Positions 10,479-20,481 of a stretch of DNA of 56,969 bases are shown here, in pieces. The notes beneath the pieces were generated by a model. That model had not been told where the DNA came from. It made no database searches and saw only the letters and a program-made list of their open reading frames with translations. Numbering within the stretch: the stretch's first letter is position 1; every line of letters begins with the position of its first letter. Position numbers and translations under genes: made by a program. The stretch is from a virus (Duplodnaviria > Caudoviricetes): positions 1-56,969 of the IMG/VR virus record IMGVR_UViG_3300048838_000199. One strand, written 5' to 3'.

Positions 10479-11050
10479 CAGACCAGGCCCTCGCGCTTCA
10501 GGCTGTCGCGCAGCATCCTGTCCATCATCGGCATGACCTCAGCCGCAGCTGGGCCAAGGAACGGCCTGGCGCGCATTCTGAAGGTGCCCATTTCCAGGTA
10601 AATGGCGTACTCGGCACCCACCCGCACCTCGGCCACCAGCGCATCGGGGGCTGGCTGCATCGGGGGCACCGCCGTGCCACTGCCGCCGATCATCACGACA
10701 CGCCCAGGGCTGCTGCCCAAGATGCTGGCCAGCTGGCTGCCCTCGAATCCTGGCGCGCCGGCAATCGGGGCCTGCTCAGCGAACTGGCCGGGCTTGTACT
10801 TCTTGCGCTTCTTGCTGGGTGCGTTGGGGTTGCCTGGCCGCTGCGCGACTTCCTTGCCGTTGGACGCCATGCGCCCGTTCGGGGTGACGGTGTACACGCT
10901 GTTCAGGTTGAAGCCAGTGTCCACCGGGGACGTCTGCTTGGCGCGCTGTTCCACCTCGAATGCCCAGGTGCGCAGCGCGCGATCGGCTGCACGGGCATAC
11001 CGTGCCGGCCCTTCATCGAATGGTTGGGTGTTTACGGTGACCTCGGCCAT
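10478..11050 (-). CDS. HK97 gp10-family neck/tail-completion protein
   Basis: AKQTSPVDTG..NS and EYAIYLEMGTFRMRARPFLGPA. Confidence 0.9.
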   Translation of the reverse strand: MAEVTVNTQPFDEGPARYARAADRALRTWAFEVEQRAKQTSPVDTGFNLNSVYTVTPNGRMASNGKEVAQRPGNPNAPSKKRKKYKPGQFAEQAPIAGAPGFEGSQLASILGSSPGRVVMIGGSGTAVPPMQPAPDALVAEVRVGAEYAIYLEMGTFRMRARPFLGPAAAEVMPMMDRMLRDSLKREGLV

Positions 11051-11071
11051 GCCCCATTATGGCGCAGGGGG

Positions 11072-11518
11072 TCAGCTTGCCAGAACGTCGGGCTGCACCC
11101 GAATCTCCCACTGGGCACCGTGGTGCCACCGCAGGATCCCCTGGGGGTCACGATCTGGGAACGTCGCCGGCATCATCTGCACCGCCGACAGGATGCGCCC
11201 GCTGCCAAACGTGGTACCGGGCTGGCTGTTGTTGGTTCGCAGGTTGTTCACCACCCACTTGGCCATGGGTCGCAGTGGCTCCAGGTCGTCCACGTTCTCG
11301 GCACCGATGCACAGCACCGACACCGTGAACACCGCGAACATGACGTCGCCGCCCTGCTCGTGGTTGGATGGTGCGCCTGGGATGATCTGGAACCCTATGC
11401 ACGGGGTCTGCTGCTTGGCATCTGCCGGCAAGGGCACCACTGGCCAGTTGCTGGGATTCACCCGCAGCCGGCTGTACAGAAACTCGATCAGGATGCCAGC
11501 TTCGTCGCCTTGGTTCAT
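11072..11518 (-). CDS. Putative tail terminator
   Basis: Size and synteny only. Confidence 0.45.
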   Translation of the reverse strand: MNQGDEAGILIEFLYSRLRVNPSNWPVVPLPADAKQQTPCIGFQIIPGAPSNHEQGGDVMFAVFTVSVLCIGAENVDDLEPLRPMAKWVVNNLRTNNSQPGTTFGSGRILSAVQMMPATFPDRDPQGILRWHHGAQWEIRVQPDVLAS

Positions 11519-11916
11519 GCCGTCACCGTCTGGTATGGCCGATGCACCCGCACCCGTCGCCGTCGGTCGTTGCCCTGCAGTGGGTCCATGTCGGTCGTGG
11601 CCATCCAGTTCTGGCCGTTCATGGTGATGATGTCGCCGCGCCTGATGTCCACGCTGGCGTTGTTGAAGGTCACAGGGAACCAGGCATACCCTCGATCTTC
11701 CAGGCCGGCCAGCTCGGTGGAACTGTCCACCGTGGGGGCCGACTCAGACACTGGCGCGATGTGGCACGGTATCTGGCTGTAAATGGCCGCTGGCGTCTTG
11801 CTTCTGCCGGTGGGGGTGTTGCTGGAAGTGCCGCGCGTCACGTCGGCCTTGCCGTCCAGGATTAGCTGGTCTGTGGCCCGCTGCGCTTCCTTCAGCTGTC
11901 TGTTGCTTAGCTTCAC
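11515..11916 (-). CDS. Putative head-closure protein
   Basis: IPCHI..DIRRGDII pattern; synteny. Confidence 0.6.
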   Translation of the reverse strand: MKLSNRQLKEAQRATDQLILDGKADVTRGTSSNTPTGRSKTPAAIYSQIPCHIAPVSESAPTVDSSTELAGLEDRGYAWFPVTFNNASVDIRRGDIITMNGQNWMATTDMDPLQGNDRRRRVRVHRPYQTVTA

Positions 11917-11934
11917 ACCCCACCGCCTAAATGG

Positions 11935-12294
11935 TTACTTGCTGCCGCCCTTGGCTGGCTTGTCGGCCTTGTCCTCGGCCTGGCCGCCGGCTTCACCCTT
12001 GGGTGCGTCGACTGCCTGTTCGTCCTTGGGTTCCGGTTGCGCGTCGGACTCGTGCGCCGGCTGCTCGGAGGCTTCCTTGGCCACCCATGCGTTCGTTGCT
12101 TCGTCCCAGACCTCGGTGCCCACGTAGGTCACCATGCCCTGCCCTTCCAGTTCCTTGAGTGTCGATTCTGGCACCCTGTCGGTCGTGATGTTCTCGCCGC
12201 CGTTATAAGTGCCGTACTGCCCCAGGGCCGTCCATCGGACTGCCTGGAACACCTTGCGCGTCTGTTGCTTCTGCTTCGCCATAGTTCTCACCAC
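11935..12294 (-). CDS. Hypothetical protein, acidic low-complexity tail
   Basis: ORF packed within the head-neck operon. Confidence 0.6.
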   Translation of the reverse strand: MVRTMAKQKQQTRKVFQAVRWTALGQYGTYNGGENITTDRVPESTLKELEGQGMVTYVGTEVWDEATNAWVAKEASEQPAHESDAQPEPKDEQAVDAPKGEAGGQAEDKADKPAKGGSK

Positions 12295-12659
12295 TCGGGG
12301 CTGTTGCCCACCACAATGCTACCAGGTACCACCTGCTTCACCGGCCCCACCTCGGGGTCTGGAAGGATGCCCTGGTCGGCCTTGGCCTTGATCTGCTTTA
12401 GGCCGTCCAGACGCTGCTGGTGGAACTCATAGGTGGCCCCACCAGCTTCTGACGCGCGCATGACCTCGTTGCCCACCTCGACAATCAGCCGCTGGGCCAT
12501 GACTGCCATGCCCTGCTGCCACCCGAACGTGGCCAAGGTGCTGGTGATGTACGCATCGGTCAGCCTGGCCGTGTCCGCATCGGCTTCGCCAAGCATGGCG
12601 CGTGCCGCGTTGAATGGCTTGCTCTGGTCGTCGGTGTATGCCCACGGGTTCATGGCCAT
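12288..12659 (-). CDS. Putative head-tail adaptor
   Basis: ARAMLGE..LTDAYI pattern; synteny. Confidence 0.55.
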   Translation of the reverse strand: MAMNPWAYTDDQSKPFNAARAMLGEADADTARLTDAYITSTLATFGWQQGMAVMAQRLIVEVGNEVMRASEAGGATYEFHQQRLDGLKQIKAKADQGILPDPEVGPVKQVVPGSIVVGNSPEW

Positions 12660-12663
12660 GGCT

Positions 12664-13182
12664 TTACTGCTCCAGTAGTGCCAGCTCTGCGTTCACCTGG
12701 TCGCGCTCGGCCTGGTCCAGGATGATCTCCAGTTCGCCGGTCAGACCTCGCAGCTGCGCCACAGTCGTCACGCCGGCAGCCACCAGCTTCTCGCGCGCCG
12801 GGAACCCTGCCGGCAGCTCACCTGGCTGCACTTCCTTGCCGCCGTCGCCCTCGGCCTTCTGGCCTGCTTCGCTCTGCACCGGGGGTGCTGGTGGGGCCGG
12901 TGGCGTCTGGGCTGTCGTGGCTTCCTGCTTGCCTCGGCCCGTGCTGGGCTTCTTGCCGCCGCCCTTGGCTTCCAGGACCTGCTGCAGCTGCTCGGGGGTT
13001 AGCTGGTCAGCCGGCAGCTTCATCAGCTCGGCCACGTCGTCGGTGATGATGGCACCGGGCACGCCATCGTAATGGTTCACCAGAATGTCTGCGATTTCCT
13101 TGGGCACCTCGATCGTGCCGGGGCCGTAGACGGTGCCGCGCACGTCCACGATCTTGTTCAGTGTCACTTGTTGCTTTGCCAT
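12664..13182 (-). CDS. Hypothetical head-associated protein
   Basis: Follows the capsid gene; GGAG SD upstream. Confidence 0.6.
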   Translation of the reverse strand: MAKQQVTLNKIVDVRGTVYGPGTIEVPKEIADILVNHYDGVPGAIITDDVAELMKLPADQLTPEQLQQVLEAKGGGKKPSTGRGKQEATTAQTPPAPPAPPVQSEAGQKAEGDGGKEVQPGELPAGFPAREKLVAAGVTTVAQLRGLTGELEIILDQAERDQVNAELALLEQ

Positions 13183-13206
13183 GTTGTTCGGAGTCTCCTA
13201 AATGAC

Positions 13207-13241
13207 CAGGCCCGGCAGCCCTTGTGGGGATACCGGGCCTG
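13207..13241. terminator. Hairpin downstream of the major capsid gene
   Basis: caggcccgg...ccgggcctg inverted repeat. Confidence 0.5.
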
Positions 13242-13267
13242 TGCCCATTATTGCACGCCCTGCGCGC

Positions 13268-14413
13268 TTAGACCATTTCGGTGGTGGTCAGCACGATCTT
13301 GGTGGGGTCCTCGATGATCGGCAGGAAGTTCTCCGCACCGCGTCCAACGAGTCGCCAAGGTTCATCCTGCGGGGTGTACAGCTGCGCCCATCGGCCCATC
13401 TGCCCGCCGCCCTCGATCGTCGGCCCAACGTGCCCATAACCAAGTTCCACGACTGCCGGGGGTGTGGAACCCTGGCCGACCATGTACTGGGTGGACTGGT
13501 TGCGCCCGAAGCTGCCCACGACACCCTTGGGGCAGAACGGAATGCGCAGAGTCTTGCCGGGGTTGGCCAGGTCGTAGACCTCACCTTCCAGGCCGTAAGT
13601 CAGCACCTGCACGGTGTCGTTCGAGTCCGACGTGAACGTGTTGGTGTTGCTGTTGATTCTGCGCCAGATGCGCTGCGACATGTCGGTAGGGTCAGACACC
13701 AGCACGATGTTGTTGGCAGCGTTGTACTGGATCATGTCCGCAGTGTCGGGGTGCATGATGATGGCCGCGATACCCGTGCGCTGCTGCTTGCGATGGAAGC
13801 GGATGTCCGTCCAGAACTTGGACGTGCTGCCGCCATACCCATCGTTGCCAGTGCGCTGCGCCGGCTTGTTGGCCGTCGGGATGCCGTAGTCGACCAGCAG
13901 CCGCTTCTTGTTGAAGGTCCAGTCGATCTGCCCGGTGAACAGCGCGCGCCCCTTCAGGTACTCCTCGGTGTCCATGTGCGCCTGCACGATGATCTTGTCC
14001 AGGAAGTTCAGGGCCTCGGTGACCATCTGGGTGGTGATGGCCTGCTGGTTCACGGTCCCGCCGGCAGCCAGCATGCGCGCCGCCACGAACTGCTGAAGCT
14101 CTCGCAGTTGGGCCTCGTTCAGGCTGGACTTTTGCGCGATCTTGGCCAGCTGCTCGTTGAAGCTGGTGGACTCGATCACGCCGCCCTCGGGGTAATCGCT
14201 GTCCATTCCAACCAGGCCGGCCATCGTGGTGCGGATGGTCATGGAACCAGTGCGCGCCTGATAGTCTGGCCGGTTTCGGTTCGGCAGCAGGGTGTTCAGA
14301 AGGTAGTCGCCCGCTGGCCGCGTTTCGGCAGCCATGTACAGGACGGTGTTGGCGTACCCACCGCTGGGGGTGGCATAGATTTGGCGCAGGGCCTCGGTAA
14401 AGCTGAAGTACAT
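13268..14413 (-). CDS. Major capsid protein (lambda gpE-like)
   Basis: 381 aa; EYLKGRALFTGQI..VDYGIP; follows scaffold and decoration genes; GGAGG SD. Confidence 0.85.
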   Translation of the reverse strand: MYFSFTEALRQIYATPSGGYANTVLYMAAETRPAGDYLLNTLLPNRNRPDYQARTGSMTIRTTMAGLVGMDSDYPEGGVIESTSFNEQLAKIAQKSSLNEAQLRELQQFVAARMLAAGGTVNQQAITTQMVTEALNFLDKIIVQAHMDTEEYLKGRALFTGQIDWTFNKKRLLVDYGIPTANKPAQRTGNDGYGGSTSKFWTDIRFHRKQQRTGIAAIIMHPDTADMIQYNAANNIVLVSDPTDMSQRIWRRINSNTNTFTSDSNDTVQVLTYGLEGEVYDLANPGKTLRIPFCPKGVVGSFGRNQSTQYMVGQGSTPPAVVELGYGHVGPTIEGGGQMGRWAQLYTPQDEPWRLVGRGAENFLPIIEDPTKIVLTTTEMV

Positions 14414-14428
14414 ATCCGTATTCCTCCC

Positions 14429-15361
14429 TTATGCCCTCGTGTCCTGGTACTGCTCGTAAACGAAGCCAGGACCACACAGTGCCAGGGCCGCCTTCTGTGC
14501 GGCAGTGATGACCTTGGGGCTGCCAGTCGCCTCGGGCAGAAGGTTCTCGAACACGTAGCCGCCCACAACCATGCCGTAGCCGGTGCTTGCGTCGGTCAGA
14601 GATCCCTGCGTGGCGTCGCTGTAAATCAGGCCCGCACACTTGCTGCCGTCGCTCTGGGTCACGGTGAACGTGAACTCGTCGCCGGCAATGAAGTCGGTGG
14701 AACCGTCCGCGATCGTGAACGCGATTTGGTTGCTGAAGGCAGTGCCCACAACACCCTCGCCAATCACGACACCGTTGGGGTCCTCAACGATGAAGGTGCC
14801 CAGGTTGCTGGCCGGCTCGATGAACACGATTTTGTACACGCCAGCCTGCCCGCCGGCCACCACTGGGGTGCCTGCAGCTGTCAGGACGCCGTTGCCGGTG
14901 TTGCCTGCCTTGGCCGCCGATGCCGCCGTGTAGGTCGCCGTAATCAGCTTCAGGGGGATGACCTTGCCGCTGGACAGCTCGCCCATGATGGTCATGGCCG
15001 GGATGTACTTGGGGCCGAAGCCACCCACCAAGGCCGTGTCGCCGTTGCTGATGGCAGTTACCAGCGTGTCCACCAGGACGCCCGCTTGGTTCGCACCAGT
15101 TCCAGCGAAGGCTTGGGCCAGTCGCGCAAACTTGCCGCCGCCGAAGTCCAGCACGGTGCCCTTGGCCAGGGTCGTGCCCACGGGGACGTTCAGCGTCATG
15201 TCTGTGGCGTTTTGCAGTGCATTCGCACCGGCTGCAACGGTGACGGCTCCCTGTCGGTAGCTGTCCGGGACTAAATCCCAGTCCACCTGTCGGCCAGTCG
15301 ACTGCACCTTGTAGTTGCCGAAAAGGGCCGCAGGTCGCGTGCCCGTAAACGTGCTTCTCAT
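14429..15361 (-). CDS. Head decoration protein with inserted Ig-like domain
   Basis: KYIPAMTIMG..GKVIP and GGYVFENLLP; precedes the capsid gene. Confidence 0.75.
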   Translation of the reverse strand: MRSTFTGTRPAALFGNYKVQSTGRQVDWDLVPDSYRQGAVTVAAGANALQNATDMTLNVPVGTTLAKGTVLDFGGGKFARLAQAFAGTGANQAGVLVDTLVTAISNGDTALVGGFGPKYIPAMTIMGELSSGKVIPLKLITATYTAASAAKAGNTGNGVLTAAGTPVVAGGQAGVYKIVFIEPASNLGTFIVEDPNGVVIGEGVVGTAFSNQIAFTIADGSTDFIAGDEFTFTVTQSDGSKCAGLIYSDATQGSLTDASTGYGMVVGGYVFENLLPEATGSPKVITAAQKAALALCGPGFVYEQYQDTRA

Positions 15362-15482
15362 GGTTTCGTCTAACTCCTTTTATGGTTTCGGTGGCCGTTT
15401 GCCCTGCTCTGGCCGAGTTGCTGCTGCTTCACACTGTACCACGACGTGCCAGCCCTGTGACACGTCGCAGGTCCTTTACGTT

Positions 15483-16400
15483 TTACTGCTGGCCTTGGCC
15501 GGGGGTGTGGGTGCCGGGCTGCCCTTGCACGCCGTTGGCCTGGGTGTTCTGCCCGCCTTGGCCACCGCCGGCTGGTTTCATCAGGGGGTTGGTGCCACCT
15601 CTGCCGGCCATGATGCCTGCCGCGATGTCACCAATGCCGCCCTGCTGTCCACCGCCTTGGCCGCCGCCGGCTTGCCCCTGCTGAATCCATGGCTGCTGCT
15701 GGCCCTGCTGTTGCTGGCCCTGCTGCTGCCCACCTTGGCCACCCTGCCCACCTTGCGCCTGCAGGCTCGGCATGAACGTGCCCCAGTTCTGCTGCGCATA
15801 GGCTGCCAGTTCCGTCTCCTGGCCGTTGGCGTCCTTGATGTACCAGGCCGTGGTGTCCTTGTCGTTCACCTTGATGGTTCGGCTGGTCAGTTCCAGGCCG
15901 CTGTGCATGCCGAACAGCTGGGTAAGGGCCTCGGGGTTGAATCCGACGGCCTTGGCAGCGTCGCCCACCTGCGCAGCTCGGTCACGCTGGGCCAGGCTCT
16001 CTGCCGCCTTCTTGCCTTCCTCGATCGATTTCTCGATGTCGCCGGGCTTGCCCAGTTTCTTGTATGACTCCCACGCCTCGGCTTCCTCTTTGGTCAGCAC
16101 CAGCGTGCCATCCGCCGGCAGCTTTTCCTTCAGCCCTTTGACTTCGGTGCGCAGGTCGCGCCGCTGTTGGCGCAGCTGGAAGTTCTCTTGGTACAGCGTG
16201 CGCGCCACGGTTTCGGCCTTGTCTGCCTTGGCCAGCAGTGCCTCGATACCACGGCCTGGTTCGTCGTCGTCGTCGTCACCGTCGCCGTGTGGCTTGGGCA
16301 GCTTGGCCAGAATGCCGGCCACCGACATGGTTGCTAGTGAAGCCAGCAGCGCGATTCTGGTGCGCCCTGGCACGGGGATGCTTAGAGTGTTGTTCTGCAT
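15483..16400 (-). CDS. Capsid scaffolding protein
   Basis: Coiled-coil and Q/G-rich tail; synteny; start uncertain. Confidence 0.7.
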   Translation of the reverse strand: MQNNTLSIPVPGRTRIALLASLATMSVAGILAKLPKPHGDGDDDDDEPGRGIEALLAKADKAETVARTLYQENFQLRQQRRDLRTEVKGLKEKLPADGTLVLTKEEAEAWESYKKLGKPGDIEKSIEEGKKAAESLAQRDRAAQVGDAAKAVGFNPEALTQLFGMHSGLELTSRTIKVNDKDTTAWYIKDANGQETELAAYAQQNWGTFMPSLQAQGGQGGQGGQQQGQQQQGQQQPWIQQGQAGGGQGGGQQGGIGDIAAGIMAGRGGTNPLMKPAGGGQGGQNTQANGVQGQPGTHTPGQGQQ

Positions 16401-16484
16401 ACGTGTGCCGCCTTGCGGGGTTTTACGTGCCATGATGCACGCATGGCTGTAATCATATCAGAACACGATCGCGTGCAGCACGGA

Positions 16485-17126
16485 ATGGCCAAAGGTTTCG
16501 ACTGGGCCAGCCACCTCGATGGCGTGGCGCGTGCAGCACTTCGCCGGCTGGTGCCTTCCACCTCGGTCGTGGCCGCCACTGGCGCGTGGGGCCGACGTGA
16601 TGGCTGCCAGGGGTCGCAGCTCGTGCTGTACGTTTCCAGCCACCCAGCGCACCTGCCGATCGTGATGGACGAACTGAAGGCCGTGCTGCCGGCTGTCCAC
16701 TTCGCTGTCGACAATCCCGCGCCGCTGATGCGCGCCCACCTGTTGGATGCCCGGCACCTCTGGGGGAATGCCCCACTGCCACCGCCGCCGGTGGGTGACA
16801 CCTTCGCCGCAGAGTGGGCACCCGTGCAGGCCATCGTTCGGGACTCGATGCGCGCCACCGCGCCCGTCGCTGCCTTGGACGACTGGCAGACCTTGCGCGC
16901 TATCTGCACCATCGGCTGCGTGGAACTGCCCGGTGTTTTCGATGCGCCGCAGTGGGTGCAGGATCTGTACGTGGCCAGGAACATGGGGCTGCAGCAGCTG
17001 CCCGATGGCCTGCAGGTGTTTGCTGATGCCCTCGGCCAGCGAATCGCCGCCGATCTTCGCCACCTGGCCCAAGGCACACCGGCTGCGTCTGTGGCTGCCG
17101 CACTGCGTGCCTGGCTGCTCGGTTAG
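16485..17126 (+). CDS. Hypothetical protein (one of two + strand genes)
   Basis: Fills the gap between minus-strand genes; operator 16472-16482 just upstream; start uncertain. Confidence 0.6.
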   Translation: MAKGFDWASHLDGVARAALRRLVPSTSVVAATGAWGRRDGCQGSQLVLYVSSHPAHLPIVMDELKAVLPAVHFAVDNPAPLMRAHLLDARHLWGNAPLPPPPVGDTFAAEWAPVQAIVRDSMRATAPVAALDDWQTLRAICTIGCVELPGVFDAPQWVQDLYVARNMGLQQLPDGLQVFADALGQRIAADLRHLAQGTPAASVAAALRAWLLG

Positions 17127-17368
17127 GTCAGCGCGTCCACCATGGCCGTGGCCAGGCCCTCGGCCACGTCGACAGGCAGCTGCTTAAACGTTCGCTTGTT
17201 GGGCCGCGCGTCGGCCACGTTCCACGTGCTGATGCACCCCAGAATGGCCAGCGTCTGCGCCTGGTGGTGCCGGTGGTGGTTGCGCAGCTCGGCCTTTACC
17301 TTGTCTGCGCTGAAGGCCACGCGCACGACGGCACCGGCCAGGCTCTGGTACTGCGCGTATCGAATCAC
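17123..17368 (-). CDS. Hypothetical protein
   Basis: GTGA overlap with the upstream gene. Confidence 0.55.
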   Translation of the reverse strand: MIRYAQYQSLAGAVVRVAFSADKVKAELRNHHRHHQAQTLAILGCISTWNVADARPNKRTFKQLPVDVAEGLATAMVDALT

Positions 17369-17991
17369 TCCACACCGTCTGCTTCCAGCACCTGCAGGGC
17401 CTGGATGCCGGCCACGCCCTCGATGTGCCCGTATGACTTCGGCACCATGCGCAGGTGGTTGGCCAGTGGCTTGTCCATCCACCGCCTGAACGTCGCGCGC
17501 GCCAGCTGCTTGCCGTCCCTGGTCAGGTCCCTGCTGTCGCCCTTCTTAACCATCACCGTCTGGGTGAACAGCACCGACTCCACCACCACCAGGCCGCCGC
17601 GCTCGGCCCACTGCTTCCTGGCGTACGGGCACGCCTCGATCGCCACCAGTGCGCAGCCAGGGCAGCATGGTGGTTCATCACAGGCCAGCAGCTTGTCGGG
17701 GCCGTGCATGGCCATGTGGCCCAGCATGATCTTGTGCCGCATCTTGCGCCCGCAGACTTGGCACAGGCCGTGCGCCATCACCCACCGCTGTCGCTGTGGG
17801 GCCATCTGGCCCAGCAGGACCTTGCCCAGGGTGCCGGCAGTCGCATCAGCTCGGTGGTCACGCACGCCGGTAAACAGCGCACCCATTCCCACCAGGGGGT
17901 CGTGCTGAATGTCTGGCTGCTCGTGTTCCCAGGCTGCCACGAATGGAATGCGCAGGCCCTTCAGGACCAAGTCGAACGGCAGCGCGTTCAC
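17365..17991 (-). CDS. Hypothetical Cys-rich phage protein
   Basis: PFVAAW, CQVCG, EPPCC..C...ACPY. Confidence 0.65.
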   Translation of the reverse strand: MNALPFDLVLKGLRIPFVAAWEHEQPDIQHDPLVGMGALFTGVRDHRADATAGTLGKVLLGQMAPQRQRWVMAHGLCQVCGRKMRHKIMLGHMAMHGPDKLLACDEPPCCPGCALVAIEACPYARKQWAERGGLVVVESVLFTQTVMVKKGDSRDLTRDGKQLARATFRRWMDKPLANHLRMVPKSYGHIEGVAGIQALQVLEADGVE

Positions 17992-18725
17992 AGCTGGATC
18001 CTCGCAGCGATGGCTGCAGCGAAGTCTGGCCCCAGCTCGGGGTGCGTGGCGATCTTGTGCAGCAGCGCGTTCATCTTCATGCTGGCCACCTGGTCAGCGT
18101 GCCGGCAGGTATCGCACGCGCCGGCTGCCGGCATGTCCTCGCATGCCAGCATGGTGCCGATGTTTTCCAGCAGCTTCACGAACTTGGGCCTGTCGATGTC
18201 CACGTCTATGCGCGTCAGCTGGCCGGTGTACGCCACGCTGCGCACGTCCTTCGGTGATGTCTTGAACGTCACCGGGGTGAACACCAGAAGGGCCAGCAAG
18301 GTCACCTCCTCGGGCTGCTGGCTGTGTTCGATGGCGTACTGATAGGCCGACATAGCGCGCCAGAACCTGGCCATGTGTTCCACCTTCGGGTGGCTGGTCT
18401 TAAAGTCGATGATGCCCAGGGTGCCATCTTCCAGACGCACGCGCCGATCGGTGTACCCGCTGATGGCCAGCAGGGTGCCGCCGAAGGTTTCGGGCACGCT
18501 GGCCACCTTGTCGCGCCCGATGAACTCAGTGGCCGGGATTCCCATTTCGCGCACGGCCTCGATCGTTATGCCCTGCTTCTGCGCTCGGTCAATATCTCGG
18601 AACACGCCGGGCAGCTTGTCGTCGGGGCCGACGAACCCGCGCAGCTTCAGCCAGTAGCACCGGGGGCATCGGTCATACAGGTACGACAGGTCAGACGGGG
18701 CCAGATACTTCGGCTTGCCACTCAC
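17988..18725 (-). CDS. PD-(D/E)XK nuclease, Cas4/RecB-like
   Basis: CPRCYW, ISGYTD, IIDFKT, MSAY, CDTC. Confidence 0.85.
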   Translation of the reverse strand: MSGKPKYLAPSDLSYLYDRCPRCYWLKLRGFVGPDDKLPGVFRDIDRAQKQGITIEAVREMGIPATEFIGRDKVASVPETFGGTLLAISGYTDRRVRLEDGTLGIIDFKTSHPKVEHMARFWRAMSAYQYAIEHSQQPEEVTLLALLVFTPVTFKTSPKDVRSVAYTGQLTRIDVDIDRPKFVKLLENIGTMLACEDMPAAGACDTCRHADQVASMKMNALLHKIATHPELGPDFAAAIAARIQL

Positions 18726-19045
18726 TTGGACCACTCCAACAGGAAGGCAGCCCAGGCCGCCCGCAGCGCGCGCCACAGCCGTGGGGCCTTTACGATCGGT
18801 CTGGCCGGCATCTGGGTCGTGCCCTGCAGCCGTCCAGTCGGCACCGTGGCCAGCTCATACACAGCGAAGTCTGCCGTGGTGAATGGCAGGCCGATCGTGC
18901 TGCCCTGGGCCTCGATCTTGCACAGCTTCAGCACGTTGGCCCCACTGTTGGGGTTGTGTGCCGTGATGCCCTGGACTTCCAGCAGCTTCGTCTTGGTGCG
19001 CACCATGTCGCCAGGTCGCAGGTCGTTCCAGTCGGTGATGTTCAT
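18722..19045 (-). CDS. Hypothetical protein
   Basis: GAGG SD; promoter and operator upstream. Confidence 0.65.
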   Translation of the reverse strand: MNITDWNDLRPGDMVRTKTKLLEVQGITAHNPNSGANVLKLCKIEAQGSTIGLPFTTADFAVYELATVPTGRLQGTTQMPARPIVKAPRLWRALRAAWAAFLLEWSK

Positions 19046-19070
19046 GTGGTTGTTGTGGTTCCTCGATGTT

Positions 19071-19106
19071 GGTTATACCGCACCGTGCAGCACGGTGCGG
19101 CAGTGA
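19071..19106 (-). promoter_or_regulatory. Promoter with extended operator palindrome
   Basis: ccgcaccgtgc-a-gcacggtgcgg (19078-19100) next to TATAAC. Confidence 0.7.
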
Positions 19107-19119
19107 ATCGTGCCAGGTA

Positions 19120-20481
19120 TCAGAACTGGCCGCGTGGTGCCTCTGGTTCCTGCGTCGGTGTCAGCTTGCACCGCTTCAGGAAGTTGGTGGGCAGTTCGCC
19201 GTTGTACTTGTCGGGGCCGTGGCTGTCCACCGTGCCCGTCAGCAGCACCTCCTGGCCGGCCTCGATGCCGTGCCAGTTCGGGCCGATCTGCAGGCCGACG
19301 GCACCGCTGGCCTTCCACTGCAGCAGGTGGCCGGTTTCGGTCGTGAACCGGCAGAAGGTGGTCACGCCATACATGCCGTCCACCGAATGCACGAAGGTCA
19401 CCGTGGCCTTGATGTTTCGCAGTCGGTCGCCAACCTTGCCCAGGTATGGCTCTGCCGGCAGCTCGGCCTTGGCGCGCTTCTTGCTTTCGAGTTCACCCAT
19501 GGCGCGCTGGTGCGCAACCACTGCCGACACTGCGAAGCTGGCCATGCGAAGGTTCACGTACTCGGTGGACAGCGACACCTGCAGGTTATGCTCGTATTCA
19601 CTCAGCTGGCCCTTGCCGCCGAAGTCGCCGCGCACCCATTCCAGGATGGCTGCAGCTCGATCGATGTCTGCCTGCTCGATCTGGCCGACGGCACCGCGTT
19701 CCTTGGCCTTGTCGTACTGGTCCCTGTCGGTCAGCAGCAATACCACCAGCTGGCCAGTGCCCACCTTCAGCTCGGCCTCTGCCTGCTTCTTGCTTACGTA
19801 GCCGTTCAGCCGCACGAACATCACCGCGAACTGCAGCAGCTCGGCCACGCCCAGCATGCGATACCCGCGCCCGCCGCCGCACTTGTCGCTGTCCTCGGCT
19901 TCCTCGGCTGTTCGGCCCAGCTCGGCCAGCACTTCCAGCCAGGACGCCAGGGCATCGGGGCTGCTGTGGCCGGTGAAGTCGCGCAGGCACTGCTTGCCCA
20001 CTTGCATGTATCGGCCATCATCGTGCCGCACCACGTACGTGTCGCGTCGTCGTCGGTAGGTGCCGCAGTGGTCGCAGCCGCTGGCCGATGTTCGGTACTG
20101 CTCGGGCAGGTCCAGGCCGCTGATGTTGCGCACGATGTTGCCGGCCCCTTCGTGCTGCAGCGTGGCCACGAACTGCCAGCCGTTCAGCTTGGGGGATTCG
20201 CCGCCCAGTCGCACCTCGAACCCTTCCAGCACCACCTTCACCTGCTTGCGCTGGTGTCGGCCAGTCTCTGGGTGGTATTCCAGGATGGGCATGCCGTCGC
20301 TGTCCTTGGCCCAGCCGTCGCGCTCTCGGGTCGCTGGTGTGGCCTCGATCGTGATGGCCGGCACGTCCAGACGCTTCGCGCGTCGGTTCAGCTGGTCCAC
20401 CTTGGCAGTCAGCGCGTCCAGGCCGGTCTGCGTCAGGAAGTAAACGGTGGGGGTCTGCTCGGTGGTTGTTGTGGTAACCAT
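19120..20481 (-). CDS. Phage protein with Zn-finger and probable C-terminal OB fold
   Basis: CDHC..RRR..VGKQCL; YLGKVGDR..GTV..H; leaderless start. Confidence 0.7.
   Translation of the reverse strand: MVTTTTTEQTPTVYFLTQTGLDALTAKVDQLNRRAKRLDVPAITIEATPATRERDGWAKDSDGMPILEYHPETGRHQRKQVKVVLEGFEVRLGGESPKLNGWQFVATLQHEGAGNIVRNISGLDLPEQYRTSASGCDHCGTYRRRRDTYVVRHDDGRYMQVGKQCLRDFTGHSSPDALASWLEVLAELGRTAEEAEDSDKCGGGRGYRMLGVAELLQFAVMFVRLNGYVSKKQAEAELKVGTGQLVVLLLTDRDQYDKAKERGAVGQIEQADIDRAAAILEWVRGDFGGKGQLSEYEHNLQVSLSTEYVNLRMASFAVSAVVAHQRAMGELESKKRAKAELPAEPYLGKVGDRLRNIKATVTFVHSVDGMYGVTTFCRFTTETGHLLQWKASGAVGLQIGPNWHGIEAGQEVLLTGTVDSHGPDKYNGELPTNFLKRCKLTPTQEPEAPRGQF

Noticed and set aside
13202-15274. 690-aa + strand ORF
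   Set aside because: Antisense shadow of the capsid and decoration genes, caused by high GC3
15483-15780. Q/G-rich repeats in the scaffold; Ala-rich stretch in the tape measure
   Set aside because: Ordinary low-complexity protein regions
17988-18725. Cas4 as part of a CRISPR system
   Set aside because: No other cas genes or array; solo Cas4-like nucleases are common in phages
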